A stretch of 64,000 nucleotides of DNA from positions 64,001 through 128,000 of the IMG/VR virus record IMGVR_UViG_3300032233_002382. One strand, written 5' to 3'. A program made the translations under genes and the position numbers. Below, in pieces: positions 36,428-46,349 of this stretch. This DNA comes from a virus. Its lineage: Duplodnaviria > Caudoviricetes. The notes under the pieces are model-generated. The model worked only from the letters and a program-made list of their open reading frames with translations, ran no database searches and was not told the DNA's origin. The first letter of the stretch is position 1, and the number at the start of each line of letters is the position of its first letter.

Positions 36428-37264
36428 CTATATGTATCTTACTAAGATTGATTCCGAACCCATACCATACTCCGTCCTACCACCGGGAGCATCTTTCGGG
36501 TTAAATTCGAAAAGTAATTTTCTATTTATGTAGTGATACTTATGCCACCAAGTTTTTTCGTGGCTGAGATGAATTCCTGCTACATTTTCTGATATTTTCG
36601 GAACAATTCCATGCATTTGAATCCTTCTAGCAAAGTCATCGTCCTCACAAGCGACTCCTTGCATGTAACGCTCATCAATTCCCCCGATCGCTTCAAAATG
36701 CTTTTTAAGTAAAGACCCGAGATAGTAATTGCAAGGGTTAAATGACTCCGGTCTGCATTTTGAGCTAGCTCGGGTCCAAGGGCCGCAAAATGCTTTTATA
36801 GTCTCATAAGTTAAATCAGCTTTCCTTAAATCTGCTGTTTCCTGAACCGACCTGTCATCAACCCAACCATATAAGAATTTAAACTCATTTTCTTTGGATT
36901 CGAAAAATGCTTTTATGTTTTTCACATTGTCAATAGCGTTAATTACTTCGGGCGAGGATAACGTTATGATATCTCCCGAGCTCATTTTGACCGCAAAATT
37001 CTGGCTGGCTGCGGGATTTACGTTTCCTTCGTATTTTTGGACGAAATGTACACACTTGGTAGGATCAACGATGGCCGCTTTAATGTTTAGTCCCTTTAGT
37101 CGATATTCTAGTACCAGATCGATCCATGGTTGCGGGTCATCGGAATTATCAACTGTAACGATTTCAAAATCATGGTCGGTCTGATTTAACAGAGAGTCTA
37201 AATTATGGCGGAATAATGTCGTCCGGTCTTTATGTGGATAGATATAAGATAGGGATTTTGTCAT
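36428..37264 (-). CDS. Glycosyltransferase family 2 (paralog 3)
   Basis: Same motifs as paralog 2. Confidence 0.85.
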   Translation of the reverse strand: MTKSLSYIYPHKDRTTLFRHNLDSLLNQTDHDFEIVTVDNSDDPQPWIDLVLEYRLKGLNIKAAIVDPTKCVHFVQKYEGNVNPAASQNFAVKMSSGDIITLSSPEVINAIDNVKNIKAFFESKENEFKFLYGWVDDRSVQETADLRKADLTYETIKAFCGPWTRASSKCRPESFNPCNYYLGSLLKKHFEAIGGIDERYMQGVACEDDDFARRIQMHGIVPKISENVAGIHLSHEKTWWHKYHYINRKLLFEFNPKDAPGGRTEYGMGSESILVRYI

Positions 37265-37282
37265 GATAAATAATCATACCAG

Positions 37283-37870
37283 TTAGACAATTCTGTCTAC
37301 GGCTTCATAAATACCTTTTAAATCAGGAAATGGATGCGCTTGACGAAGGGGTTTAAGTGAAGCGATCTCTCGAAACCTGACTATTTCCTTTTCGGAGGTC
37401 CAAAAGTATAAGAATAGATCTTTCCGAATTTTAGAATCTATAATATGTGTCGTGCGGTCTGAAATACGACCGAACTTTTTCATATCATAATAGACGAGGA
37501 CGCTAAGTGGTCGGAATATCATACGTCGCTTTAAGAATGCGGGCCATGGTGCCATAAAAACAAAGAAAAACCAAAAGAAGGTAAAACTAGGATAGATCGG
37601 GCTTAGTATTGATAAAAACGAGAGTCCACAAAGCACAATAGGGATGATATGAGAAAGATGGTAGGATACAGGCACGGACGATTTTAAAAAAGCATCAGAA
37701 ATGATAAAAAGAAATTCTCTGAAGTCGTCTTCATTCTGCACATTTAAGGTTAATCTTCTTAATACTCTTAAATGTCTTACCTTCTTTTTCAAATCCTTTT
37801 TCCTGCGTGCGAAAGATCCGCTTTTTGAGTACTCCTCGATCAAAATATTACAGGCAATCCCGTAATTCAT
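37283..37870 (-). CDS. Hypothetical membrane protein
   Basis: Two hydrophobic segments; low-GC ORF. Confidence 0.5.
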   Translation of the reverse strand: MNYGIACNILIEEYSKSGSFARRKKDLKKKVRHLRVLRRLTLNVQNEDDFREFLFIISDAFLKSSVPVSYHLSHIIPIVLCGLSFLSILSPIYPSFTFFWFFFVFMAPWPAFLKRRMIFRPLSVLVYYDMKKFGRISDRTTHIIDSKIRKDLFLYFWTSEKEIVRFREIASLKPLRQAHPFPDLKGIYEAVDRIV

Positions 37871-37873
37871 AAC

Positions 37874-38896
37874 TCACCAATAGTTCCACTTTGTCCATTG
37901 TGTCTTGCACGGACTTCCAGGGCTATAATGCAGTTCGCCTAACTGTGGAACCACTATCACCGCAAAACAAGTGGACCTGTCGGGAGCATGCCTACAAATA
38001 CCGTCGTGACCTCCGTTGCCGTGGTCACCAGCGAGATCTTTTAACATATCAACATCAATTTTTCCATGGTGATTCAGCGCCCAGCTTTGCGCTTTTTGCC
38101 TTCTATACATCGAACTTTCCGGTCTTAAATTTAAATCTTTAGAGGTCAGAATATCATAGTGGTTCGTATGGACACATATGTCTTTGTCCGGCCTTATTTC
38201 GGCTGCAGATGATGAAGTACCTTCTACCATCTTGAAATCGCCAGACCCGTTTAAAACGATATTATTGTATGAACTGCTCCTGAATGGGTTTAAAAACATG
38301 CTCATTGCATCATGTATGTCGACTGACTCTAATCCCGCTCTATATGTGAGTAATCTCGGTATGCCGGGCTTTAAATCATCACATGCGAGGGCATTACCAG
38401 AAAACACCATTCCGAACGAGTTCACCGCAAAGGAAAAGAAATATGGGTCTCTCGTGATGCCAAGGATTGAAGGTTTTCCAGTTACGGAAATTCTAATTGT
38501 GCGAGGCGAGTATCCTGGTTTTTCGTCGTTAGTATGAAGAAGGCAGGTTAATTTTGATGATGTAGAACCAGGGGCACACAAAAGATCAGTACACCGTTCA
38601 GGGACGCTAGGCAGATCTTCATAGTCCCATAGCTCTTCACAAGACGCGAAGAACAAATCCCTAAATTCCACCTTTGCGGCTTCGCATATGCCCAGCATCT
38701 CCTCACAAATGTCAGGAATAAACTGCTTGGTTATTCTCATAGATTCATCGATATAATTATCTATGAATCTATCTTTAAGTCTTTTCGGTGGATTCGATAA
38801 ACTCTCATTCACCAAATCATGGATCTCCATCGGGAATGTCTGACCGATTTGGCGGCCTACTTCCCGATGGGATCCGTAAAATTCAGTGACATCCAT
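37874..38896 (-). CDS. Peptidase C45 / acyl-CoA:6-APA acyltransferase-like Ntn hydrolase
   Basis: G.H.E.G.Q.G, RCT nucleophile site, HTND, VN.FG....GN, HTNHY. Confidence 0.75.
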   Translation of the reverse strand: MDVTEFYGSHREVGRQIGQTFPMEIHDLVNESLSNPPKRLKDRFIDNYIDESMRITKQFIPDICEEMLGICEAAKVEFRDLFFASCEELWDYEDLPSVPERCTDLLCAPGSTSSKLTCLLHTNDEKPGYSPRTIRISVTGKPSILGITRDPYFFSFAVNSFGMVFSGNALACDDLKPGIPRLLTYRAGLESVDIHDAMSMFLNPFRSSSYNNIVLNGSGDFKMVEGTSSSAAEIRPDKDICVHTNHYDILTSKDLNLRPESSMYRRQKAQSWALNHHGKIDVDMLKDLAGDHGNGGHDGICRHAPDRSTCFAVIVVPQLGELHYSPGSPCKTQWTKWNYW

Positions 38897-39300
38897 TAGT
38901 CACCAAAACAGAAATACTGAATGTAGTCGGTCGACGTAGGAGTCGAGATGACAACTAGTTCGCACTCTGTGATCGGCGTCGCTCCAGGAGTGGTTGAGGA
39001 AGCGAAGCAGAACTCGGAGTTTGGCGGCATGCTCAAGGTGTTAGTAACTGAACTGTTTAATCTGACACCGTACTCATTAGTCCCTAAGTTCTTTAGGATC
39101 AGGACGCGCGCGTTATTCACGGATCCGAAAGGAACGGCGATCGTATCGCCTGGAGATGCACTTGTATCGACGTCGATCTGTCCTACGTTCTGCGCTGCGC
39201 AAGAAGCGGTTACAGACAATGAGACAGTTCCAGAATTAGCAGCAGATCCTGGAGGAGTGTACTGGAGGCCGACGGTGGCGGTAGCGTTCAATGCTGGCAT
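38896..39300 (-). CDS. Hypothetical beta-rich, probably structural protein
   Basis: AGGAG RBS; S/T/V/N-rich; adjacent to the fibre genes. Confidence 0.65.
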   Translation of the reverse strand: MPALNATATVGLQYTPPGSAANSGTVSLSVTASCAAQNVGQIDVDTSASPGDTIAVPFGSVNNARVLILKNLGTNEYGVRLNSSVTNTLSMPPNSEFCFASSTTPGATPITECELVVISTPTSTDYIQYFCFGD

Positions 39301-39376
39301 TTGAATCTCCTATCGAGAAAGGATGATATTTGGTGTTAGTCCTTTTAGTAGCAGCCTCTTATGAAGGACGGAAAAC

Positions 39377-40618
39377 GTGGCTACTCAAGTAAATGCATAT
39401 AGAACAGGCGGCACCGTCGAATTCACGGATGCCGTGATTAATGTTCTATCAGATGCCCCTCTTGATGAGCCTTCTACTCCGATTTTTGAGAATTTAACTA
39501 AAGTCTATGCAGATCTTGGTCTAGCTAGAAATCAATTTCAACTTCTATACTTGGTCTTCCAGAAAGCTACACGCCCGAGTCCAACGCAAGTAAGTTACAG
39601 CTTTACTGCCAGATTTGCCGCTCGAACCAGTAATTTAGCTGATCCATTTCGAGGCGCAAAAGGAGATGTTGGAGCTCGAGGACCTACCGGAGCATTAGGA
39701 CCTACCGGACCCATGGGGTCCATAGGGTTAGTTGGAAGCACTGGTGCTACAGGAAGTACCGGACCTACAGGTGCCTTAGGTCTAGTAGGTCCAACAGGTC
39801 CAATAGGATTTGTGGGCCCCACCGGACCGATGGGTTTAGAAGGTCTAGTCGGCCCTACGGGAAGTATGGGTCATGTCGGTCCGACAGGTCCGACTGGATT
39901 AACGGGCGACACTGGTATTCAGGGGCCTACAGGCTTCGGCGAGACCGGTCCTACAGGCTCGTCTGGTATAGAAGGTGCCACTGGCCCCACCGGCCCATTC
40001 GGTGGTCCTCCCGGACCCACCGGTCCTGTCGGTCCCACGGGTCCGACAAACGGTCCGACAGGTGCTTCGGGTCCTACAGGACCATCCGGACCGACAGGTC
40101 CAAAGGGCGATTCAGGATTCGGTGATACCGGACCCCAAGGACCTGTCGGTTCCACGGGCTCAATAGGCAACACTGGTCCAACCGGTCCAGCGGGCCAGAA
40201 TGGCATCGTAGGTCCTACTGGAAGCCACGGTCTCGTAGGGCCTACTGGTCCTCAAGGTCCTACGGGTTCCAATGCGAATATTCAGTTAAAGGTGCCGCTT
40301 GCCGAGCCTATTCTGGTCGGTCAGCTTGTTGCAATTACCTCTACAGGAGCGGTGGTTGCGGATAACAATGACGCATCTCGTCTTCCTGCTGCTGGATTTG
40401 CAGTCGTTGTCGGACCCACTGACGTATATCTAACAAACGTGGGACCTGTGTATAACTTGGCAGGACTGAATCAGGGTTTAGTATACTATTTGGGTTCGAC
40501 CGGGGCTGCTACGGCTACCGCTCCAAGCGGCGTCGTTATAAGTCAAACTGTCGGAGTGGCTGCAGATTCGACGTCTATCTTTGCCAACGTGAGTCCGTTT
40601 GGAATATACTACCCTTAG
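39377..40618 (+). CDS. Collagen-like fibre protein with C-terminal capsid-decoration-like domain
   Basis: ~70 G-X-Y triplets dominated by GPT; C-terminal domain GQLV....AGFA...G..YYLG. Confidence 0.85.
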   Translation: MATQVNAYRTGGTVEFTDAVINVLSDAPLDEPSTPIFENLTKVYADLGLARNQFQLLYLVFQKATRPSPTQVSYSFTARFAARTSNLADPFRGAKGDVGARGPTGALGPTGPMGSIGLVGSTGATGSTGPTGALGLVGPTGPIGFVGPTGPMGLEGLVGPTGSMGHVGPTGPTGLTGDTGIQGPTGFGETGPTGSSGIEGATGPTGPFGGPPGPTGPVGPTGPTNGPTGASGPTGPSGPTGPKGDSGFGDTGPQGPVGSTGSIGNTGPTGPAGQNGIVGPTGSHGLVGPTGPQGPTGSNANIQLKVPLAEPILVGQLVAITSTGAVVADNNDASRLPAAGFAVVVGPTDVYLTNVGPVYNLAGLNQGLVYYLGSTGAATATAPSGVVISQTVGVAADSTSIFANVSPFGIYYP

Positions 40619-40628
40619 TGAGGCTACT

Positions 40629-41276
40629 ATGGCTGTAAACGTTGGCGTACAGAAATTAGCGAGTAACTCGAAAAATATAATTACCGCCACAGTAGTGCTG
40701 ACTTCTGATGTGGCAATTCTTGATCCTATATCGGCTCTTTCGAATCCGTCGATAATTACTCGAATATATAATCAGTTATCTATTACTCCGGAAACATATC
40801 AACTTACTCAGGTGTCGTCTGCAGCACCGTCGATATCTAACTTAGGCTACATTTATAACTTCGCAGTTCGGTTTCAGAAAATCGGGACAGTTCCCGAAAC
40901 AAACCAATTCCTAGGTCCTCCTGGACCTGTTGGTGTTCAGGGACCTCGTGGTCCGGTCGGTCCCCCTGGCTTCATCGGGCCTGTAGGTCCCCCCGGAATC
41001 GAAGGCAATACGGGACCAAGGGGTCCAACCGGGTTCTCCGGGTCGCCAGGACTAGTGGGTCCTACTGGTCCAGCTGGTCTAAGCGTGGTAGGGCCAACCG
41101 GAGCTCCTGGATTAGTTGGGCCGACTGGATCTGCAGGTCTTGTAGGCCCGACTGGACCCGCTGGTAGTGGGTTGGTGACTGTGACCGCAGTAGATGGTGG
41201 CGGTCCCGAAATACTTTTATTGGCGGAAATAAATAATTTCTTTGTCGAGCTTGAAATCGACGGCGGCTCGCCTTAA
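40629..41276 (+). CDS. Collagen-like protein; N-terminal domain paralogous to 39377
   Basis: ~25 G-X-Y triplets; shared SD..LD.P...T.[IV]Y..L.....QL...Y.F..RF pattern. Confidence 0.8.
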   Translation: MAVNVGVQKLASNSKNIITATVVLTSDVAILDPISALSNPSIITRIYNQLSITPETYQLTQVSSAAPSISNLGYIYNFAVRFQKIGTVPETNQFLGPPGPVGVQGPRGPVGPPGFIGPVGPPGIEGNTGPRGPTGFSGSPGLVGPTGPAGLSVVGPTGAPGLVGPTGSAGLVGPTGPAGSGLVTVTAVDGGGPEILLLAEINNFFVELEIDGGSP

Positions 41277-41290
41277 CCTAGGTGTAAATA

Positions 41291-44200
41291 ATGTCTACTT
41301 CGCAAATTCAACTTCGTCGCGGTACTGCTGCTAGCTGGTCCTCCATCAATCCTGTATTGGCTCAGGGAGAGATGGGGTATGAGACCGATACTGGCAAAAT
41401 TAAAATCGGTAATGGTACTACTGCGTGGAACGCACTGAGTTATTTCGCTGGCGGCGGCGGATCTGGAGATACCGGTCCTGCTGGTGCTACGGGACCCGCT
41501 GGTGCGGATGGTGCTACGGGTCCGGTCGGTCCCGCTGGTGCTACAGGTCCCGCAGGCGGTGGAGGAACCGGAGCTTTAGTATACTTCGATGAAGACCGAA
41601 GCGTGGCTTATAATACTATAGCGCTAAAACCAGATAGCGCTTTGCCATCAGATGTTAACGTCGCTCTAGTGGCCGGTTCAGGCGCTCTATTAGCTTCAAT
41701 ACCCGATGGGACTGTCGCTGGTGGTAATGATCGTGGCGCTTACGCTTTAGACTTCCAGCGTCTACGAGGCAATGCAAACCACGTAGCTTCCGGTGATTAC
41801 AGTTACATACTTAGCGGTGCATATAATAAAGTCCAGGGTACTGGTTCAGGTATACTTTTCAGTATCGATTCGGGAGTGGTCGGTGCGTCGAACTTCCTAG
41901 CAGTCGGTAATTCAGCTTTCTTGAATGGTGATGCAAACTCAGTTCTTTTAGGCGTGAATAGCGTCGTACAGGGTACCGGGAATTTCGCTGCCGTCGCTTA
42001 TGGTGCGACGATTTCTGGTTTCACTAACTCAGTACTATCTTCACCTCAAGCCTTTATCTCGGGTGATTCCAACTCCATACTTGGTGGCGAGTCTCAGCGC
42101 ATCACAGGCGACCACAGTGTCATCATCAGCGGCGAGAATAACCAAGTAAACGGCGGTTATTACGCGATCATTGGTAATGGTCGTAACAACATTGTGTCAG
42201 GAACCGGAACTGGCGTTCTAATCGGTGCCGAAAACAATGTATGGGGCGACTTATCGGCTGTACTTCTTGGTCAGCTTAACTCGGTAACCGCCTCGAGTTC
42301 CATAGTTCTTAATGGCCAAAATGTGATGGTGGTTGGCGATTCTCATTTAGTGGGTGCTGGATCTGGCCATACAGCTTCTGAAGGATATGGTGTAATCCTC
42401 AACGGCGTTTCGCATCGTGTGAGTGATCAATATGCAACGGTTCTAAATGGCGAAAATAACACTTCTGGAGCAAAGTTCGCAACGATTCTTAACGGTAAGA
42501 ATAACTTTGTGGGTGGGACTGCTTCTTCTGTAATAAGTGGTATGTACAACAGTGTTAACTCCCACTGGTCCGTGGCTGGCGGTGAATCGAATTTCGTAGG
42601 TGGTCGTGCGTCTGCTGTTATCGCGGGTCAAGCGAGCAATGCCAACGCCGATCTATCATTCGTGGGCGCAGGACAGCAAAACACAGTAAACGGAACAGCT
42701 TCATTAATCGGAGCAGGTCAGCGAAATACCGTATCAGATCAGTCAGCCGCGATAGTTGCTGGTAATGATAACCAGGCTTCTGGAGCTCAGTCTTTCATTG
42801 GAGCCGGTTCAAGTCATGCGGCGTCCGGACAGTATAGCTTTATCGGTTCAGGCCAATCAAATCAAGCACAGCAGCAGAGTAGTGCTGTTGTAGGCGGAAC
42901 CGACAATATAGCTTACAACTTCGCTTCATTTGTCGGCGCTGGTTCGACCAATGCTAGCGGATCCGCTTATTCTGCGGTGGTTGCCGGTTATGAAAACGAA
43001 GCTTTCGGGACTGCTTCGATAGTTGGCGCAGGTATTAGCAATAATCCCAACGGAACTGCGTCTGGCATTTTTGCTGGCCGCGATAGCTACATTGAGAGCG
43101 AAAATTCGGTTATTGTCGGTGGCCAGCAGAATACGATCGAGAGCCCGTCAGATAACGCATTCATAGGGGCTGGTTCACAGAACTACGTCGGAGGCGCTTC
43201 TGGATTCGTTGGAGCGGGTCAGTTAAATCAGGTTCAGAACTCCAATTCGCTTATCGGTGCTGGTCAAAGCAACGTTGTGTCATCGACAGAATCGTCAGTA
43301 TTGTCGGGTACCGGAAACGAAGTGTCGGGTAATAACTCGGCTATTTTGTCTGGAAGCTTTAACGCGGTGAAATCCACGAATTCTGCGGTGTTAAGTGGAT
43401 ATCAAAACACCGTCGATACCTCGGCCACCAATTCGGTGATCTTAGGCGGTCAAGGAAACACGGCGTCGGGCATCGGTTCGTTTATCGGTGGCGGCCAACA
43501 AAATATAGCACAGGGCATTCGTTCAACGGTCGTTAATGGCTTATTCAATGGGGCCGGTGCGCTTTACAGTGCTGTGATATCTGGCTATGCTAATTCCGCC
43601 ATCGGTCAGTATTCTACCATATTAAACGGCTCAGGCAACACTGCATCGGGTGATTACTCAGCTATCCTGTCTGGTATCAACAACGAGACCACAGGTTTAT
43701 ACTCCGTCATCATTTCTGGCGAGGGCCACACGGCGTCCGGAAGCAATTCATTCATAGGCGGCGGATACAGCAACGAAGTGACTGCCCAGAATTCGTCTGT
43801 TCTAGGAGGACGAGACAACGTAGCGTCAGGGCCGAATTCAGTGGTAGCCGGAGGTTATGGAAATAGCGCCCGCACCATTTACTCCGGAATACTGGGTGGT
43901 TGGAATAACGAATCGGTCGGGTCCGCCTCAGTGATCGTCGGTGGAACCTTTAACGAAGCAGGTTCTACCGCTACCGGTATTCTTGCCGGTACTAATAACC
44001 TTGCACAGAATTTAAATTCTTCGATCGCTTCGGGTAGACAGAACGTTATTACAAACTCAAGTGCTAACGATGAGTCTAGCTTTATCGGTGCAGGCATCAG
44101 CAATGATGTATCTGGAACCGCAAACACTATTGTTGCAGGGATCGGGAATCAAGTTGGCGGAACCGGATCGGCTATTGTTGCTGGTGATTTGAATTTTATC

Positions 44201-45565
44201 ACCAACGGAGTCTATAATTTTATCGGCGCCGGAGAAAATGTTTCCATACAGAGTTTAGACTTCGCATCCATAGTCGGTGGGAAGTTTAATCAGATGCTCA
44301 CGAACGCGGACTATGCTTTTATCGGAGGCGGCCAATCAAACTCTGTTAGAGGTGTGGCCTCTGTAGTCGCTGGTGGTCGTGATAACTTGACAGGCGATGA
44401 TGCAGAATATGTGGGCGTGTTAGGCGGTCGACAGAATAACATTTATGCGAGTTATTCATCCATTGTTGGTGGTAACCAGAATTCAATAGCAGCTGGAGCC
44501 GAACTTAGCGGTATTCTGTCGGGTTTCAGCAATCAAGTGTCTGCAACAGGATCAGCCATCGTCGCCGGGTATGATAACACCGTTTCCGGAAAATACTCGA
44601 TCGTAGGGGCCGGTTCCTTAAACCAGGTCACCAATGAACATTCGGCTGTCGTGGGCGGTCTAAATAACTTAACATATGATGATTATTCTACGATTGCAGG
44701 CGGTGCTTATAACGTAATATTCGACGGTTCAGCCTATGGGGCGTCTGGACTAAATGTGATTGCCGGAGGTTGGCTTAATAAGATACGCGCTGATCAAAGT
44801 GGCATTTTTTCTGGCGGTAACAATACAGTAACTGCAACTTCATATAGCGTGATCGCTGGCGGTAACAATAACACTATAGACGGCTCCTATAGGTCGATGA
44901 TCGGATCCGGTACTTTAAATCACATAAAGGACGGACAAGAAAGCGTTATCTTCGGGGGAAATAGGAACTACGTGACTGGGGCTAGCTGGGGTTCAGTAAT
45001 TGCTGGTGGATACCATAACTCCGTATCCGGTTGGTTTTCCTCGATACCTGGTGGTCGTGGGGCCAGCGATAGAGGCACTTGGGGAGTGTTCGCCTTATCT
45101 TCTAGCAGCGTCACGGGATCTGCGCAAACGAATGTGTCGCTCAGAGGAACCGCGCAGACTTCGATCTTGCCAGTAAAAACTATTACATTTGACGGTGTTA
45201 CCGAAACCACGATGACTTCATTGCAGCCGGTGTTCGGAGCAACCTCTTACGGAATTCTACAGATTCCAAACGCTTTCGCCGCTAAAGTTCGTCTGGACGT
45301 CACTGCTCGCAACGGTAATCCTGGAGAAGTCAAAGGCTGGTCTTATGATTTCATAGCTTATAATGATAGCGGAAATGTTTTCGTCGATGGTTTAACCGGA
45401 ATGTCTTATGGGTCATATGGTGGGTTTACCGACCCGACAGTGACTGGCAGTAGCTCACTTGGTGGCGTTATTGTTAACGTAATTGGTCCTGGCACTACAG
45501 CCACTACATGGGCAGGCACCTTCTACTCGACCGAAGTAGCCGGTTTAGGTGGTTGGACAGGCTAA
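41291..45565 (+). CDS. Long tail fibre / adhesin: Mtd_N-like anchor, short collagen, long Gly/Asn/Ser beta-solenoid
   Basis: IQLRRGTAA.W...NPVLA.GE.GYETDTGKIKIG.G.T.W..L.Y; tens of ~15-aa S.I.GG..N repeats. Confidence 0.85.
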   Translation: MSTSQIQLRRGTAASWSSINPVLAQGEMGYETDTGKIKIGNGTTAWNALSYFAGGGGSGDTGPAGATGPAGADGATGPVGPAGATGPAGGGGTGALVYFDEDRSVAYNTIALKPDSALPSDVNVALVAGSGALLASIPDGTVAGGNDRGAYALDFQRLRGNANHVASGDYSYILSGAYNKVQGTGSGILFSIDSGVVGASNFLAVGNSAFLNGDANSVLLGVNSVVQGTGNFAAVAYGATISGFTNSVLSSPQAFISGDSNSILGGESQRITGDHSVIISGENNQVNGGYYAIIGNGRNNIVSGTGTGVLIGAENNVWGDLSAVLLGQLNSVTASSSIVLNGQNVMVVGDSHLVGAGSGHTASEGYGVILNGVSHRVSDQYATVLNGENNTSGAKFATILNGKNNFVGGTASSVISGMYNSVNSHWSVAGGESNFVGGRASAVIAGQASNANADLSFVGAGQQNTVNGTASLIGAGQRNTVSDQSAAIVAGNDNQASGAQSFIGAGSSHAASGQYSFIGSGQSNQAQQQSSAVVGGTDNIAYNFASFVGAGSTNASGSAYSAVVAGYENEAFGTASIVGAGISNNPNGTASGIFAGRDSYIESENSVIVGGQQNTIESPSDNAFIGAGSQNYVGGASGFVGAGQLNQVQNSNSLIGAGQSNVVSSTESSVLSGTGNEVSGNNSAILSGSFNAVKSTNSAVLSGYQNTVDTSATNSVILGGQGNTASGIGSFIGGGQQNIAQGIRSTVVNGLFNGAGALYSAVISGYANSAIGQYSTILNGSGNTASGDYSAILSGINNETTGLYSVIISGEGHTASGSNSFIGGGYSNEVTAQNSSVLGGRDNVASGPNSVVAGGYGNSARTIYSGILGGWNNESVGSASVIVGGTFNEAGSTATGILAGTNNLAQNLNSSIASGRQNVITNSSANDESSFIGAGISNDVSGTANTIVAGIGNQVGGTGSAIVAGDLNFITNGVYNFIGAGENVSIQSLDFASIVGGKFNQMLTNADYAFIGGGQSNSVRGVASVVAGGRDNLTGDDAEYVGVLGGRQNNIYASYSSIVGGNQNSIAAGAELSGILSGFSNQVSATGSAIVAGYDNTVSGKYSIVGAGSLNQVTNEHSAVVGGLNNLTYDDYSTIAGGAYNVIFDGSAYGASGLNVIAGGWLNKIRADQSGIFSGGNNTVTATSYSVIAGGNNNTIDGSYRSMIGSGTLNHIKDGQESVIFGGNRNYVTGASWGSVIAGGYHNSVSGWFSSIPGGRGASDRGTWGVFALSSSSVTGSAQTNVSLRGTAQTSILPVKTITFDGVTETTMTSLQPVFGATSYGILQIPNAFAAKVRLDVTARNGNPGEVKGWSYDFIAYNDSGNVFVDGLTGMSYGSYGGFTDPTVTGSSSLGGVIVNVIGPGTTATTWAGTFYSTEVAGLGGWTG

Positions 45566-45626
45566 ATTAGAATCATGTGATCTGCCTAGACCGGATTCAT
45601 TCCGGTCTAGGCAGGTACAGTTATAC

Positions 45627-46349
45627 ATGAATCTCATATTGGTGTGTATGACCGACGTCTTAGGCATTTACGGATCTTCAAAATCCGATTTTCCTAAGAG
45701 TATGTCATACTTAGCACCGGACGCAGCTCAGGCATATATAAACATCTGCCATATCAATCGTCTCCGAATTTCTGACATGTACCGATCGCCAGAGCAGTCC
45801 TTGATAGCTCGACAGACGAAGTCTGGAGTTCAACCGCCGGGCTTTTCCGCACACAATTTTGGGGTAGCTATCGATGTGGATGTAGACGACTGTCTTTCAA
45901 GGTTTAAGAAATCAAAGCCGCAGTTTGATTCGCTAATGGAAGGCTTCGGATGGTATTGCCACCGCAAAGATGGCAAGCGCGGATTCGAAGACTGGCACTA
46001 CAACTTCCTGGGTGACATGAAATCAGACCCGACCATAAAGTCCAAGTTCGAGTCCGGTAGTACCACAGCTGATGCGGTCGAAGAGAAGATTCGGTTAATG
46101 TACGGCAGCCATTTCACGCTTACTAGTAAACAAATACAATCCGAATTGTCTAAGCTAAAGCTATACTCAGGCGATATAGACGGAATTATCGGACCCCGTA
46201 CCAGAATGGCAGTCTCAATATTTCAGAAGACCTGGGGTTTAAAAGAGTCTGGTGAGGCAGACGAACGCACCATGCGTACATTAGTGACAGTCGCTGCCGA
46301 TAAGCACGTCATTAGTTCAGCATCCACTTTAACACATCCAGTAGGCTAA
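45627..46349 (+). CDS. Endolysin: M15-type Zn peptidase + peptidoglycan-binding domain (start uncertain)
   Basis: SAHNFGVAID (SxHxxGxAxD), EDWHY, and DG.IGP.T..AV..FQ...GL...G.AD..T. Confidence 0.8.
   Translation: MNLILVCMTDVLGIYGSSKSDFPKSMSYLAPDAAQAYINICHINRLRISDMYRSPEQSLIARQTKSGVQPPGFSAHNFGVAIDVDVDDCLSRFKKSKPQFDSLMEGFGWYCHRKDGKRGFEDWHYNFLGDMKSDPTIKSKFESGSTTADAVEEKIRLMYGSHFTLTSKQIQSELSKLKLYSGDIDGIIGPRTRMAVSIFQKTWGLKESGEADERTMRTLVTVAADKHVISSASTLTHPVG

Noticed and set aside
41291-41450. Diversity-generating retroelement suggested by the Mtd_N-like domain
   Set aside because: No reverse transcriptase or template/variable repeat pair seen in the window.
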